Positions 40,991-53,900 of a DNA stretch of 64,000 nucleotides are shown in pieces; position 1 is the first letter of the stretch; every line of letters begins with the position of its first letter. Location of the stretch: contig OZ024741.1 of assembly GCA_964016885.1 (NCBI GenBank), positions 245,644,001-245,708,000 of the forward strand, in the 5' to 3' direction. The stretch is from Eledone cirrhosa. Taxonomy: Eukaryota. The notes under the pieces are model-generated. The model made no database searches. It worked only from the letters and a program-made list of their open reading frames with translations, and had not been told where the DNA came from. The position numbers and the translations under genes were made by a program.

Positions 40991-43900
40991 CCTGATTTTT
41001 TTTAAAAAATTATCTCCCCCTGATTTTTGTTTACAAATTATCTCCGCCTGATTTTTTTTAAAAAATTATCTCCCCTTGGACGGCTGGAAATTATCTCCCC
41101 TTGGACGGCTGGAAATTATATCTCCTTGGACGGCTAGAATTTACCTCTCCTTGGACGGCTAAAAATTATCTCCCCTTGGACGGCTGGAAATTATCTCCCC
41201 TTGATTTTTTTTACAAATTATCTCCCCCTGATTTTTTTTTACAAATTATCTCCCCCTGATTTTTTTTTACAAATTATCTCCCCCTGATTTTTTTTTACAA
41301 ATTATCTCCCCTGATTTTTTTACAAATTATCTCCCCTTGGCTGGCTGGAAATTATCTCCCCTTGGAGGCTGGAACTTATCTCCCCTTGGACGGCTAGAAA
41401 TTACCTCTCCTTGGACGGCTGGAAAATATGTCTCCTTGGACGGCTGGATATTATCTCCCCTTGGACGGCTGGAAATTATCTCCCCTTGGACGGCTGGAAA
41501 TTATCTCCCCTTGGATGGCTAGATATTACCTCCCCTTGGACGGCTGGAAATTATCTCCCCTTGATTTTTTTTACAAATTATCTCCCCCTGATTTTTTTTT
41601 ACAAATTATCTCCCCCTGATTTTTTTTTACAAATTATCTCCCCCTGATTTTTTTTAAAATTATTTCCCCTTGGACCGCTGGAAATTATCTCCCCTTGGAC
41701 GGCTAGAAATTACCTCTCCTTGGACGGCTGAAAATTATCTCCCCTTGGACGGCTGGAAATTATCTCCCCTTGATTTTTTTTACAAATTATCTCCCCCTGA
41801 TTTTTTTTTACAAATTATCTCCCCCTGATTTTTTTTACAAATTATCTCCCCCTGATTTTTTTTACAAATTATCTCCCCCTGATTTTTTTTACAAATTATC
41901 TCCCCCTGATTTTTTTTACAAATTATCTCCCCCTGATTTTTTTACAAATTATCTCCCCCTGATTTTTTTTACAAATTATCTCCGCCTGATTTTTTAAAAT
42001 ATTATCTTCCCTTGGCTGGCGGGAAATTATCTCCCCTTGGACGGCTGGAAATTATCTGCCCTTGATTTTCTTTTTACAAATTAACTTCCACTGATTTTTT
42101 TTACAAATTATCTCCACCTGATTTTTTAAAAAATTATCTCTCCTTGCAAGGCTGGAAATTATCTCCCCTTGGCTGGAAATTATCTCCCCTTGGACGGCTA
42201 GAAATTATCTCTCTTTGGACGGCTGGAAATTATCACCCCTTGAGTTTTTTACAAATTATCTCCCCCTGATTTTTTTTACAAATCTCCCAGTGATTTTTAA
42301 AAAAAAATTATCTTCCCTTCGCTGGCTGGAAATTATCTCCCCTTGGACGCTGGAAATTATAGCCCCTTGGAGGGCTGGAAATTATCTTCCCTTGGACGGC
42401 TGGAAATTATCTCCCCTTGATTTTTTTTACAAATTATCTCCCCCTGATTTTTTTTTACAAATTATCTCCCCCTGATTTTTTTTTACAACTTATCTGCGCC
42501 TGATTTTTTTAAAAAAATTATCTCCCCTTGGACGGCTGGAAATTATCTCCCCTTGGACGGCTGGAAATTATCTCTCCTTGGACGGCTAGAATTTACCTCT
42601 CCTTGGACGGCTGAAAATTATCTCCCCTTGGACGGCTGGAAATTATCTCCCCTTGATTTTTTTTACAAATTATCTCCCCCTGATTTTTTTTTACAAATTA
42701 TCTCCCCCTGATTTTTTTTTACAAATTATCTCCCCCTGATTTTTTTTACAAATTATCTCCCTCTGATTTTTTTTACAAATTATCTCCCCCTGATTTTTTT
42801 TTACAAATTATCTCCCCCTGATTTTTTTTTTACAAATTATCTCCGCCTGATTTTTTTTTAAAAATTACCTCCCCTTGGACGGCTGGAAATTATCTCCCCT
42901 TGGACGGCTGGAAATTATCTCCCCTTGGACGGCTAGAAATTATCTCTCCTTGGACGGCTGAAAATTATCTCCCCTTGGACGGCTGCAAATTATCTCCCCT
43001 TGATTTTTTTTACAAATTATCTCCCCCTGATTTTTTTTACAAATTATCTCCCCCTGATTTTTTTTACAAATTATCTACCCCTGATTTTTTTTACAAATTA
43101 TCTCCCCCTGATTTTTTTTTACAAATTATCTCCCCCTGATTTTTTTTTACAAATTATCTCCCCCTGATTTTTTTTTTACAAATTATCTCCCCCTGATTTT
43201 TTTACAAAGTATCTCCGCCTGATTTTTTTAAAAATTATCTTCCCTTGGCTGGCGGGAAATTATCTCCCCTTGGACGGCTGGAAATTATCTCCCCTTGGAA
43301 GGATGGAAATTATCTCCCCTTGGACGGCTGGAAATTATCTCCCCTTGCACGGCTGGAAATTATCTCCCCTTGGACGGCTAGAAATTATCTCTCTTTGGAC
43401 GGCTGGAAATTATCTCCCTTTGATTTTTTTTACAAATTATCTCCCTCTGATTTTTTTTACGAATCTCCCCCTGATTTTTTAAAAAAAATTATCTCCCCTT
43501 CGCTGGCTGGAAATTATCTCCCCTTGGACACTGGAAATTATAGCCCCTTGGAGGGCTAGAAATTATCTTCCCTTGGACGGCTGGAAATTATCTCCCCCTG
43601 ATTTTTTTTACAAATTATCTCCGCCTTATTTTTTTAAAAAGTTATCTCTCCTTGGACGGCTGGAAATTATCTCCCCTTGATTTTTTTTACAAATAATCTC
43701 CCCCTGATTTTTTTTTACAAATTATCTCCCCCTGATTTTTTTTTACAAATTATCTACCCCTGATTTTTTTTTACAAATTATCTCCCCCTGATTTTTGTTA
43801 CAAATTATCTCCCCCTGATTTTTCTTTTACAAATTATCTCCCCCTGATTTTTTTTACAAATTATCTCCGCCTGATTTTTTTAAATATTATCTTCCCTTGG

Positions 43901-44969
43901 CTGGCGGGAAATTATCTCCCCTTGGATGGCTGGAAATTATCTGCCCTTGATTTTCTTTTTACAAATTATCTTCCACTGATTTTTTTTACAAATTATCTCC
44001 ACCTGATTTTTTAAAAAATTATCTCCCCTTGGAAGGCTGGAAATTATCTCCCCTTGGCTGGAAATTATCTCCCCTTGGACGGCTAGAAATTATCTCTCTT
44101 TGTACGGCTGGAAATTATCACCCCTTGAGTTTTTTACAAATTATCTCCCCCTGATTTTTTTTACAAATCTCCCAGTGTTTTTTAAAAAAAATTATCTCCC
44201 CTTCGCTGGCTGGAAATTATCTCCACTTGGACGCTGGAAATTATAGCCCCTTGGAGGGCTGGAAATTATCTTCCCTTGGACGGCTGGAAATTATCTCCCC
44301 TTGATTTTTTTTACAAATTATCTCCCCCTGATTTTTTTTTACAAATTATCTCCCCCTGATTTTTTTTACAACTTATCTGCGCCTGATTTTTTTAAAAAAA
44401 TTATCTTCCCTTGGACGGCTGGAAATTATCTCCCCTTGGACGGCTGGAAATTATCTCTCCTTGGACGGCTAGAATTTACCTCTCCTTGGACGGCTGAAAA
44501 TTATCTCCCCTTGGACGGCTGGAAATTATCTCCCCTTGATTTTTTTTACAAATTATCTCCCCCTGATTTTTTTTACAAATTATCTGCCCCTGATTTTTTT
44601 TTACAAATTATCTCCCCCTGATTTTTTTTTAAAAATTATCTCCCCCTGATTTTTTTTACAAATTATCTCCCCCTGATTTTTTTACAAATTATCTCCCCTT
44701 GGCTGGCTGGAAATTATCTCCCCTTGGAGGCTGGAACTTATGTCCCCTTGGACGGCTAGAAATTACCTCTCCTTGGACGGCTGGAAAATATGTCTCCTTG
44801 GACGGCTGGATATTATCTCCCCTTGGACGGCTGGAAATTATCTCCCCTTGGACGGCTGGAAATTATCTCCCCTTGGATGGCTAGATATTACCTCCCCTTA
44901 GACGGATGGAAATTATCTCCCCTTGATTTTTTTTACAAATTATCTCCCCCTGATTTTTTTTTACAAATT

Positions 44970-47900
44970 ATCTCCCCCTGATTTTTTTTTACAAATTATC
45001 TACCCCTGATTTTTTTTACAAATTATCTCCCCCTGATTTTTTTTACAAATTATCTCCCCCTGATTTTTTTTTTACAAATTATCTCCCCCTGATTTTTTTA
45101 CAAATTATCTCCCCCTGATTTTTTTTACAAATTATCTCCGCCGGATTTTTTTAAATATTATCTTCCCTTGGCTTGCGGGAAATTATCTCCCCTTGGACGG
45201 CTGAAAATTATCTCCCCTTGGACGGCTGGAAATTATCTCTCCTTGGACGGCTAGAATTTACCTCTCCTTGGACGGCTGAAAATTATCTCCCCTTGGACGG
45301 CTGGAAATTATCTCCCCTTGATTTTTTTTACAAATTATCTCCCCCTGATTTTTTTTTACAAATTATCTCCCCCTGATTTTTTTACAAATTATCTCCCCCT
45401 GATTTTTTTTACAATCTCCGCCTGATTTTTTTAAAAATTGTCTTCCCTTGGCTGGCTGGAAATTATCTCCCCTTGGACACTGGAAATTATAGCCCCTTGG
45501 AGGGCTGGAAATTATCTTCCCTTGGACGGCTGGAAATTATCTCCCCTTGATTTTTTTTACAAATTATCTCCGCCTGATTTTTTTTTACAAATTATCTCCT
45601 CCTGATTTTTTTTTACAAATTATCTACCCCTGATTTTTTTTTACAAATTATCTCCCCCTGATTTTTTTTACAAATTATCTCCCCCTGATTTTTCTTTTAC
45701 AAATTATCTCCCCCTGATTTTTTTACAAATTATCTCCCCCTGATTTTTTTTACAAATTATCTCCGCCTGATTTTTTTAAATATTATCTTCCCTTGGCTGG
45801 CGGGAAATTATCTCCCCTTGGACGGCTGGAAATTATCTGCCCTTGATTTTCTTTTTACAAATTATCTTCCACTGATTTTTTTTACAAATTATCTCCACCT
45901 GATTTTTTAAAAAATTATCTCCCCTTGGAAGGCTGGAAATTATCTCCCCTTGGACGGCTGGAAATTATCTCCCCTTGGACGGCTAGAAATTATCTCTCCT
46001 TGGACGGCTGAAAATTATCTCCCCTTGGACGGCTGCAAATTATCTCCCCTTGATTTTTTTTACAAATTATCTCCCCCTGATTTTTTTTACAAATTATCTC
46101 CCCCTGATTTTTTTACAAATTATCTACCCCTGATTTTTTTTACAAATTATCTCCCCCTGATTTTTTTTTACAAATTATCTCCCCCTGATTTTTTTTTACA
46201 AATTATCTCCCCCTGATTTTTTTTTTACAAATTATCTCCCCCTGATTTTTTTACAAATTATCTCCCCCTGATTTTTTTTACAATCTCCGCCTGATTTTTT
46301 TAAAAATTATCTTCCCTTGGCTGGCGGGAAATTATCTCCCCTTGGACGGCTGGAAATTATCTCCCCTTGGAAGGATGGAAATTATCTCCCCTTGGACGGC
46401 TGGAAATTATCTCCCCTTGCACGGCTGGAAATTATCTCCCCTTGGCTGGAAATTATCTCCCCTTGGACGGCTAGAAATTATCTCTCTTTGGACGGCTGGA
46501 AATTATCTCCCTTTGATTTTTTTTACAAATTATCTCCCTCTGATTTTTTTTACAAATCTCCCCCTGATTTTTTTAAAAAAATTATCTCCCCTTCGCTGGC
46601 TGGAAATTATCTTCCCTTGGACGGCTGGAAATTATCTCCCCTTGATTTTTTTTACAAATTATCTCCGCCTGATTTTTTTTTTAAATTATCTCTCCTTGGA
46701 CGGCTGGAAATTATCTCCCCTTGATTTTTTTTACAAATAATCTCCCCCTGATTTTTTTTTATAAATTATCTCCCCCTGATTTTTTTTTACAAATTATCTA
46801 CCCCTGATTTTTTTTTACAAATTATCTCCCCCTGATTTTTTTTACAAATTATCTCCCCCTGATTTTTCTTTTACAAATTATCTCCCCCTGATTTTTTTAC
46901 AAATTATCTCCCCCTGATTTTTTTTACAAATTGTCTCCGCCTGATTTTTTTAAATATTATCTTCCCTTGGCTGGCGGGAAATTACCTCCCCTTGGACGGC
47001 TGGAAATTATCTGCCCTTGATTTTCTTTTTACAAATTATCTTCCACTGATTTTTTTTACAAATTATCTCCACCTGATTTTTTAAAAAATTATCTCCCCTT
47101 GGAAGGCTGGAAATTATCTCCCCTTGGACGGCTAGAAATTATCTCTCTTTGGACGGCTGGAAATTATCACCCCTTGAGTTTTTTACAAATTATCTCCCCC
47201 TGATTTTTTTTACAAATCTCCCGGTGATTTTTTAAAAAAAATTATCTCCCCTTCGCTGGCTGGAAATTATCTCCCCTTGGACGCTGGAAATTATAGCCCC
47301 TTGGAGGGCTGGAAATTATCTTCCCTTGGACGGCTGGAAATTATCTCCCCTTGATTTTTTTTACAAATTATCTCCCCCTGATTTTTTTTTACAAATTATC
47401 TCCCCCTGATGTTTTTTTACAACTTATCTGCGCCTGATTTTTTTAAAAAAATTATCTCCCCTTGGACGGCTGGAAATTATCTCCCCTTGGACGGCTGGAA
47501 ATTATCTCTCCTTGGACGGCTAGAATTTAGCTCTCCTTGGACGGCTGAAAATTATCTCCCCTTGAACGGCTGGAAATTATCTCCCCTTGATTTTTTTTAC
47601 AAATTATCTCCCCCTTTTTTTTTTTTACAAATTATCTCCCCCTGATTTTTTTTTACAAATTATCTCCCCCTGATTTTTTTTTACAAATTATCTCCTCCTG
47701 ATTTTTTTTACAAATTATCTCCCCCCTGATTTTTTTACAAATTATCTCCCCTTGGCTGGTTGGAAATTATCTCCCCTTGGAGGCTGGAACTTATCTCCCC
47801 TTGGACGGCTAGAAATTACCTCTCCTTGGACGGCTGGAAAATATGTCTCCTTGGACGGCTGGATATTATCTCCCCTTGGACGGCTGGAAATTATCTCCCC

Positions 47901-50900
47901 TTGGACGGCTGGAAATTATCTCCCCTTGGATGGCTAGATATTACCTCCCCTTGGACGGCTGGAAATTATCTCCCCTTGATTTTTTTAACAAATTATCTCC
48001 CCCTGATTTTTTTTACAAATTATCTCCCCCTGATTTTTTTAAAAAAATTATCTCCCCCTGATTTTTGTTTACAAATTATCTCCGCCTGATTTTTTTTAAC
48101 AAATTATCTCCCCTTGGACGGCTGGAAATTATCTCCCCTTGGACGGCTGGAAATTATATCTCCTTGGACGGCTAGAATTTACCTCTCCTTGGACGGCTGA
48201 AAATTATCTCCCCTTGGACGGCTGGAAATTATCTCCCCTTCATTTTTTTTACAAATTATCTCCCCCTGATTTTTTTTTACAAATTATCTCCCCCTGATTT
48301 TTTTTTACAAATTATCTCCCCCTGATTTTTTTTTACAAATTATCTCCCCCTGATTTTTTTACAAATTATCTCCCCTTGGCTGGCTGGAAATTATCTCCCC
48401 TTGGAGGCTGGAACTTATCTCCACTTGGACGGCTAGAAATTACCTCTCCTTGGACGGCTGGAAAATATGTCTCCTTGGACGGCTGGATATTATCTCCCCT
48501 TGGACGGCTGGAAATTATCTCCCCTTGGACGGCTGGAAATTATCTCCCCTTGGATGGCTAGATATTACCTCCCCTTGGACGGCTGGAAATTATCTCCCCT
48601 TGATTTTTTTTACAAATTATCTCCCCCTGATTTTTTTTTACAAATTATCTCCCCCTGATTTTTTTTTACAAATTATCTCCCCCTGATTTTTGTTTACAAA
48701 TTATCTCCGCCTGATTTTTTTTTTTAAATTATCTCCCCTTGGACGGCTGGAAATTATCTCCCCTTGGACGGCTAGAAATTACCTCTCCTTGGACGGCTGA
48801 AAATTATCTCCCCTTGGACGGCTGGAAATTATCTCCCCTTGATTTTTTTACAAATTATCTCCCCCTGATTTTTTTTTTACAAATTATCTCCCCCTGATTT
48901 TTTTTTACAAATTATCTACCCCTGATTTTTTTTTACAAATTATCTCCCCCTGATTTTTTTTTACAAATTATCTACCCCTGATTTTTTTTACAAATTATCT
49001 CCCCCTGATTTTTTTTACAAATTATCTCCCCCTGATTTTTTTTTTACAAATTATCTCCCCCTGATTTTTTTACAAATTATCTCCCCCTGATTTTTTTTAC
49101 AAATTATCTCCGCCGGATTTTTTTAAATATTATCTTCCCTTGGCTTGCGGGAAATTATCTCCCCTTGGACGGCTGAAAATTATCTCCCCTTGGACGGCTG
49201 GAAATTATCTCTCCTTGGACGGCTAGAATTTACCTCTCCTTGGACGGCTGAAAATTATCTCCCCTTGGACGGCTGGAAATTATCTCCCCTTGATTTTTTT
49301 TACAAATTATCTCCCCCTGATTTTTTTTTACAAATTATCTCCCCCTGATTTTTTTTTACAAATTATCTCCCCCTGATTTTTTTTACAAATTATCTCCCCC
49401 TGATTTTTTTTTACAAATTATCTCCCCCTGATTTTTTTTTACAAATTATCTCCCCCTGATTTTTTTTTACAAATTATCTCCCCCTGATTTTTTTTTACAA
49501 ATTATCTCCCCCTGATTTTTTTTTACAAATTATCTCCCCCTGATTTTTTTTTACAAATTATCTCCGCCTGATTTTTTTTAAAAATTACCTCCCCTTGGAC
49601 GGCTGGAAATTATCTCCCCTTGGACGGCTGGAAATTATCTCCCCTTGGACGGCTAGAAATTATCTCTCCTTGGACGGCTGAAAATTATCTCCCCTTGGAC
49701 GGCTGCAAATTATCTCCCCTTGATTTTTTTTACAAATTATCTCCCCCTGATTTTTTTTACAAATTATCTCCCCCTGATTTTTTTTACAAATTATCTACCC
49801 CTGATTTTTTTTACAAATTATCTCCCCCTGATTTTTTTTTACAAATTATCTCCCCCTGATTTTTTTTTACAAATTATCTCCCCCTGATTTTTCTTTTACA
49901 AATTATCTCCCCCTGATTTTTTTACAAAGTATCTCCCCCTGATTTTTTTTACAATCTCCGCCTGATTTTTTTAAAAATTATCTTCCCTTGGCTGGCGGGA
50001 AATTATCTCCCCTTGGACGGCTGGAAATTATCTCCCCTTGGAAGGATGGAAATTATCTCCCCTTGGACGGCTGGAAATTATCTCCCCTTGCACGGCTGGA
50101 AATTATCTCCCCTTGGACGGATAGATATTACCTCCCCTTGGACGGCTGGAAATTATCTCCCCTTGATTTTTTTACAAATTATCTTCCCCTGATTTATTTT
50201 ACAAATCTCCCAATGATTTTTAAAAAAAAATTATCTCCCCTTCGCTGGCTGGAAATTATCTCCCCTTGGACGCTGGAAATTATAGCCCCTTGGAGGGCTG
50301 GAAATTATCTTCCCTTGGACGGCTGGAAATTATCTCCCCTTGATTTTTTTTACAAATTATCTCCCCCTGATTTTTTTTACAAATTATCTCCCCCTGATTT
50401 TTTTTACAAATTATCTACCCCTGATTTTTTTTACAAATTATCTCCCCCTGATTTTTTTTTACAAATTATCTCCCCCTGATTTTTTTTTACAAATTATCTC
50501 CCCCTGATTTTTTTACAAATTATCTCCCCCTGATTTTTTTTTACAATCTCCGCCTGATTTTTTTAAAAATTATCTTCCCTTGGCTGGCTGGAAATTATCT
50601 CCCCTTGGACACTGGAAATTATAGCCCCTTGGAGGGCTGGAAATTATCTTCCCTTGGACGGCTGGAAATTATCTCCCCTTGATTTTTTTTACAAATTAAC
50701 TCCGCCTGATTTTTTTTTACAAATTATCTCCCCCTGATTTTTTTTTACAAATTATCTACCCCTGATTTTTTTTTACAAATTATCTCCCCCTGATTTTTTT
50801 TACAAATTATCTCCCCCTGATTTTTCTTTTACAAATTATCTCCCCCTGATTTTTTTACAAATTATCTCCCCCTGATTTTTTTTACAAATTATCTCCGCCT

Positions 50901-53900
50901 GATTTTTTTAAATATTATCTTCCCTTGGCTGGCGGGAAATTATCTCCCCTTGGACGGCTGGAAATTATCTGCCCTTGATTTTCTTTTTACAAATTATCTT
51001 CCACTGATTTTTTTTTACAAATTATCTCCACCTGATTTTTTAAAAAATTATCTCCCCTTGGAAGGCTGGAAATTATCTCCCCTTGGACGGCTGGAAATTA
51101 TCTCCCCTTGGACGGCTAGAAATTATCTCTCCTTGGACGGCTGAAAATTATCTCCCCTTGGACGGCTGCAAATTATCTCCCCTTGATTTTTTTTACAAAT
51201 TATCTCCCCCTGATTTTTTTTACAAATTATCTCCCCCTGATTTTTTTTACAAATTATCTACCCCTGATTTTTTTTACAAATTATCTCCCCCTGATTTTTT
51301 TTACAAATTATCTCCCCCTGATTTTTTTTTACAAATTATCTCCCCCTGATTTTTTTTTTACAAATTATCTCCCCCTGATTTTTTTACAAATTATCTCCCC
51401 CTGATTTTTTTTACAATCTCCGCCTGATTTTTTTAAAAATTATCTTCCCTTGGCTGGCGGGAAATTATCTCCCCTTGGACGGCTGGAAATTATCTCCCCT
51501 TGGAAGGATGGAAATTATCTCCCCTTGGACGGCTGGAAATTATCTCCCCTTGCACGGCTGGAAATTATCTCCCCTTGGCTGGAAATTATCTCCCCTTGGA
51601 CGGCTAGAAATTATCTCTCTTTGGACGGCTGGAAATTATCTCCCTTTGATTTTTTTTACAAATTATCTCCCTCTGATTTTTTTTACAAATCTCCCCCTGA
51701 TTTTTTTAAAAAAATTATCTCCCCTTCGCTGGCTGGAAATTATCTTCCCTTGGACGGCTGGAAATTATCTCACCTTGATTTTTTTTACAAATTATCTCCG
51801 CCTGATTTTTTTTTAAAATTATCTCTCCTTGGACGGCTGGAAATTATCTCCCCTTGATTTTTTTTACAAATAATCTCCCCCTGATTTTTTTTTATAAATT
51901 ATCTCCCCCTGATTTTTTTTTACAAATTATCTACCCCTGATTTTTTTTTACAAATTATCTCCCCCTGATTTTTTTTACAAATTATCTCCCCCTGATTTTT
52001 CTTTTACAAATTATCTCCCCCTGATTTTTTTACAAATTATCTCCCCCTGATTTTTTTTACAAATTGTCTCCGCCTGATTTTTTTAAATATTATCTTCCCT
52101 TGGCTGGCGGGAAATTACCTCCCCTTGGACGGCTGGAAATTATCTGCCCTTGATTTTCTTTTTACAAATTATCTTCCACTGATTTTTTTTACAAATTATC
52201 TCCCCCTGATTTTTTAAAAAATTATCTCCCCTTGGAAGGCTGGAAATTATCTCCCCTTGGCTGGAAATTATCTCCCCTTGGACGGCTAGAAATTATCTCT
52301 CTTTGGACGGCTGGAAATTATCACCCCTTGATTTTTTAACAAATTATCTCCCCCTGATTTTTTTTACAAATCTCCCAGTGATTTTTTAAAAAAAATTATC
52401 TCCCCTTCGCTGGCTGGAAATTATCTCCCCTTGGACGCTGGAAATTATAGCCCCTTGGAGGGCTGGAAATTATCTTCCCTTGGACGGCCGGAAATTATCT
52501 CCCCTTGATTTTTTTTACAAATTATCTCCCCCTGATTTTTTTTTACAAATTATCTCCCCCTGATTTTTTTTTACAACTTATCTGCGCCTGATTTTTTTAA
52601 AAAAATTATCTCCCCTTGGACGGCTGGAAATTATCTCCCCTTGGACGGCTGGAAATTATCTCTCCTTGGACGGCTAGAATTTACCTCTCCTTGGACGGCT
52701 GAAAATTATCTCCCCTTGGACGGCTGGAAATTATCTCCCCTTGATTTTTTTTACAAATTATCTCCCCCTTTTTTTTTTTTACAAATTATCTCCCCCTGAT
52801 TTTTTTTTACAAATTATCTCCCCCTGATTTTTTTTTACAAATTATCTCCCCCTGATTTTTTTTACAAATTATCTCCCCCCTGATTTTTTTACAAATTATC
52901 TCCCCTTGGACGGCTAGAAATTACCTCTCCTTGGACGGCTGGAAAATATGTCTCCTTGGACGGCTGGATATTATCTCCCCTTGGACGGCTGGAAATTATC
53001 TCCCCTTGGACGGCTGGAAATTATCTCCCCTTGGATGGCTAGATATTACCTCCCCTTGGACGGCTGGAAATTATCTCCCCTTGATTTTTTTAACAAATTA
53101 TCTCCCCCTGATTTTTTTTTACAAATGATCTCCCCCTGATTTTTTTTAAAAAATTATCTCCCCCTGATTTTTGTTTACAAATTATCTCCGCCTGATTTTT
53201 TTTAACAAATTATCTCCCCTTGGACGGCTGGAAATTATCTCCCCTTGGACGGCTGGAAATTATATCTCCTTGGACGGCTAGAATTTACCTCTCCTTGGAC
53301 GGCTGAAAATTATCTCCCCTTGGACGGCTGGAAATTATCTCCCCTTGATTTTTTTTACAAATCATCTCCCCCTGATTTTTTTTTACAAATTATCTCCCCC
53401 TGATTTTTTTTACAAATTATCTCCCCCTGATTTTTTTACAAATTATCTCCCCTTGGCTGGCTGGAAATTATCTCCCCTTGGAGGCTGGAACTTATCTCCC
53501 CTTGGACGGCTAGAAATTACCTCTCCTTGGACGGCTGGAAAATATGTCTCCTTGGACGGCTGGATATTATCTCCCCTTGGACGGCTGGAAATTATCTCCC
53601 CTTGGACGGCTGGAAATTATCTCCCCTTGGATGGCTAGATATTACCTCCCGTTGGACGGCTGGAAATTATCTCCCCTTGATTTTTTTTACAAATTATCTC
53701 CCCCTGATTTTTTTTTACAAATTATCTCCCCCTGATTTTTTTTTACAAATTATCTCCCCCTGATTTTTGTTTACAAATTATCTCCGCCTGATTTTTTTTT
53801 GAAAATTATCTCCCCTTGGACGGCTGGAAATTATCTCCCCTTGGACGGCTAGAAATTACCTCTCCTTGGACGGCTGAAAATTATCTCCCCTTGGACGGCT

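Larger units (their letters stand above)
17862..44969 (+). repeat. ~27.1 kb higher-order unit, copy 1
   Basis: ORF pairs from 18065/45173 to 24367/51475 all have offset 27108. Pairs 26210/53345 to 27202/54337 have 27135, pair 30422/55107 has 24685, and pairs 32129/56786 to 38916/63573 have 24657. Confidence 0.88.
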
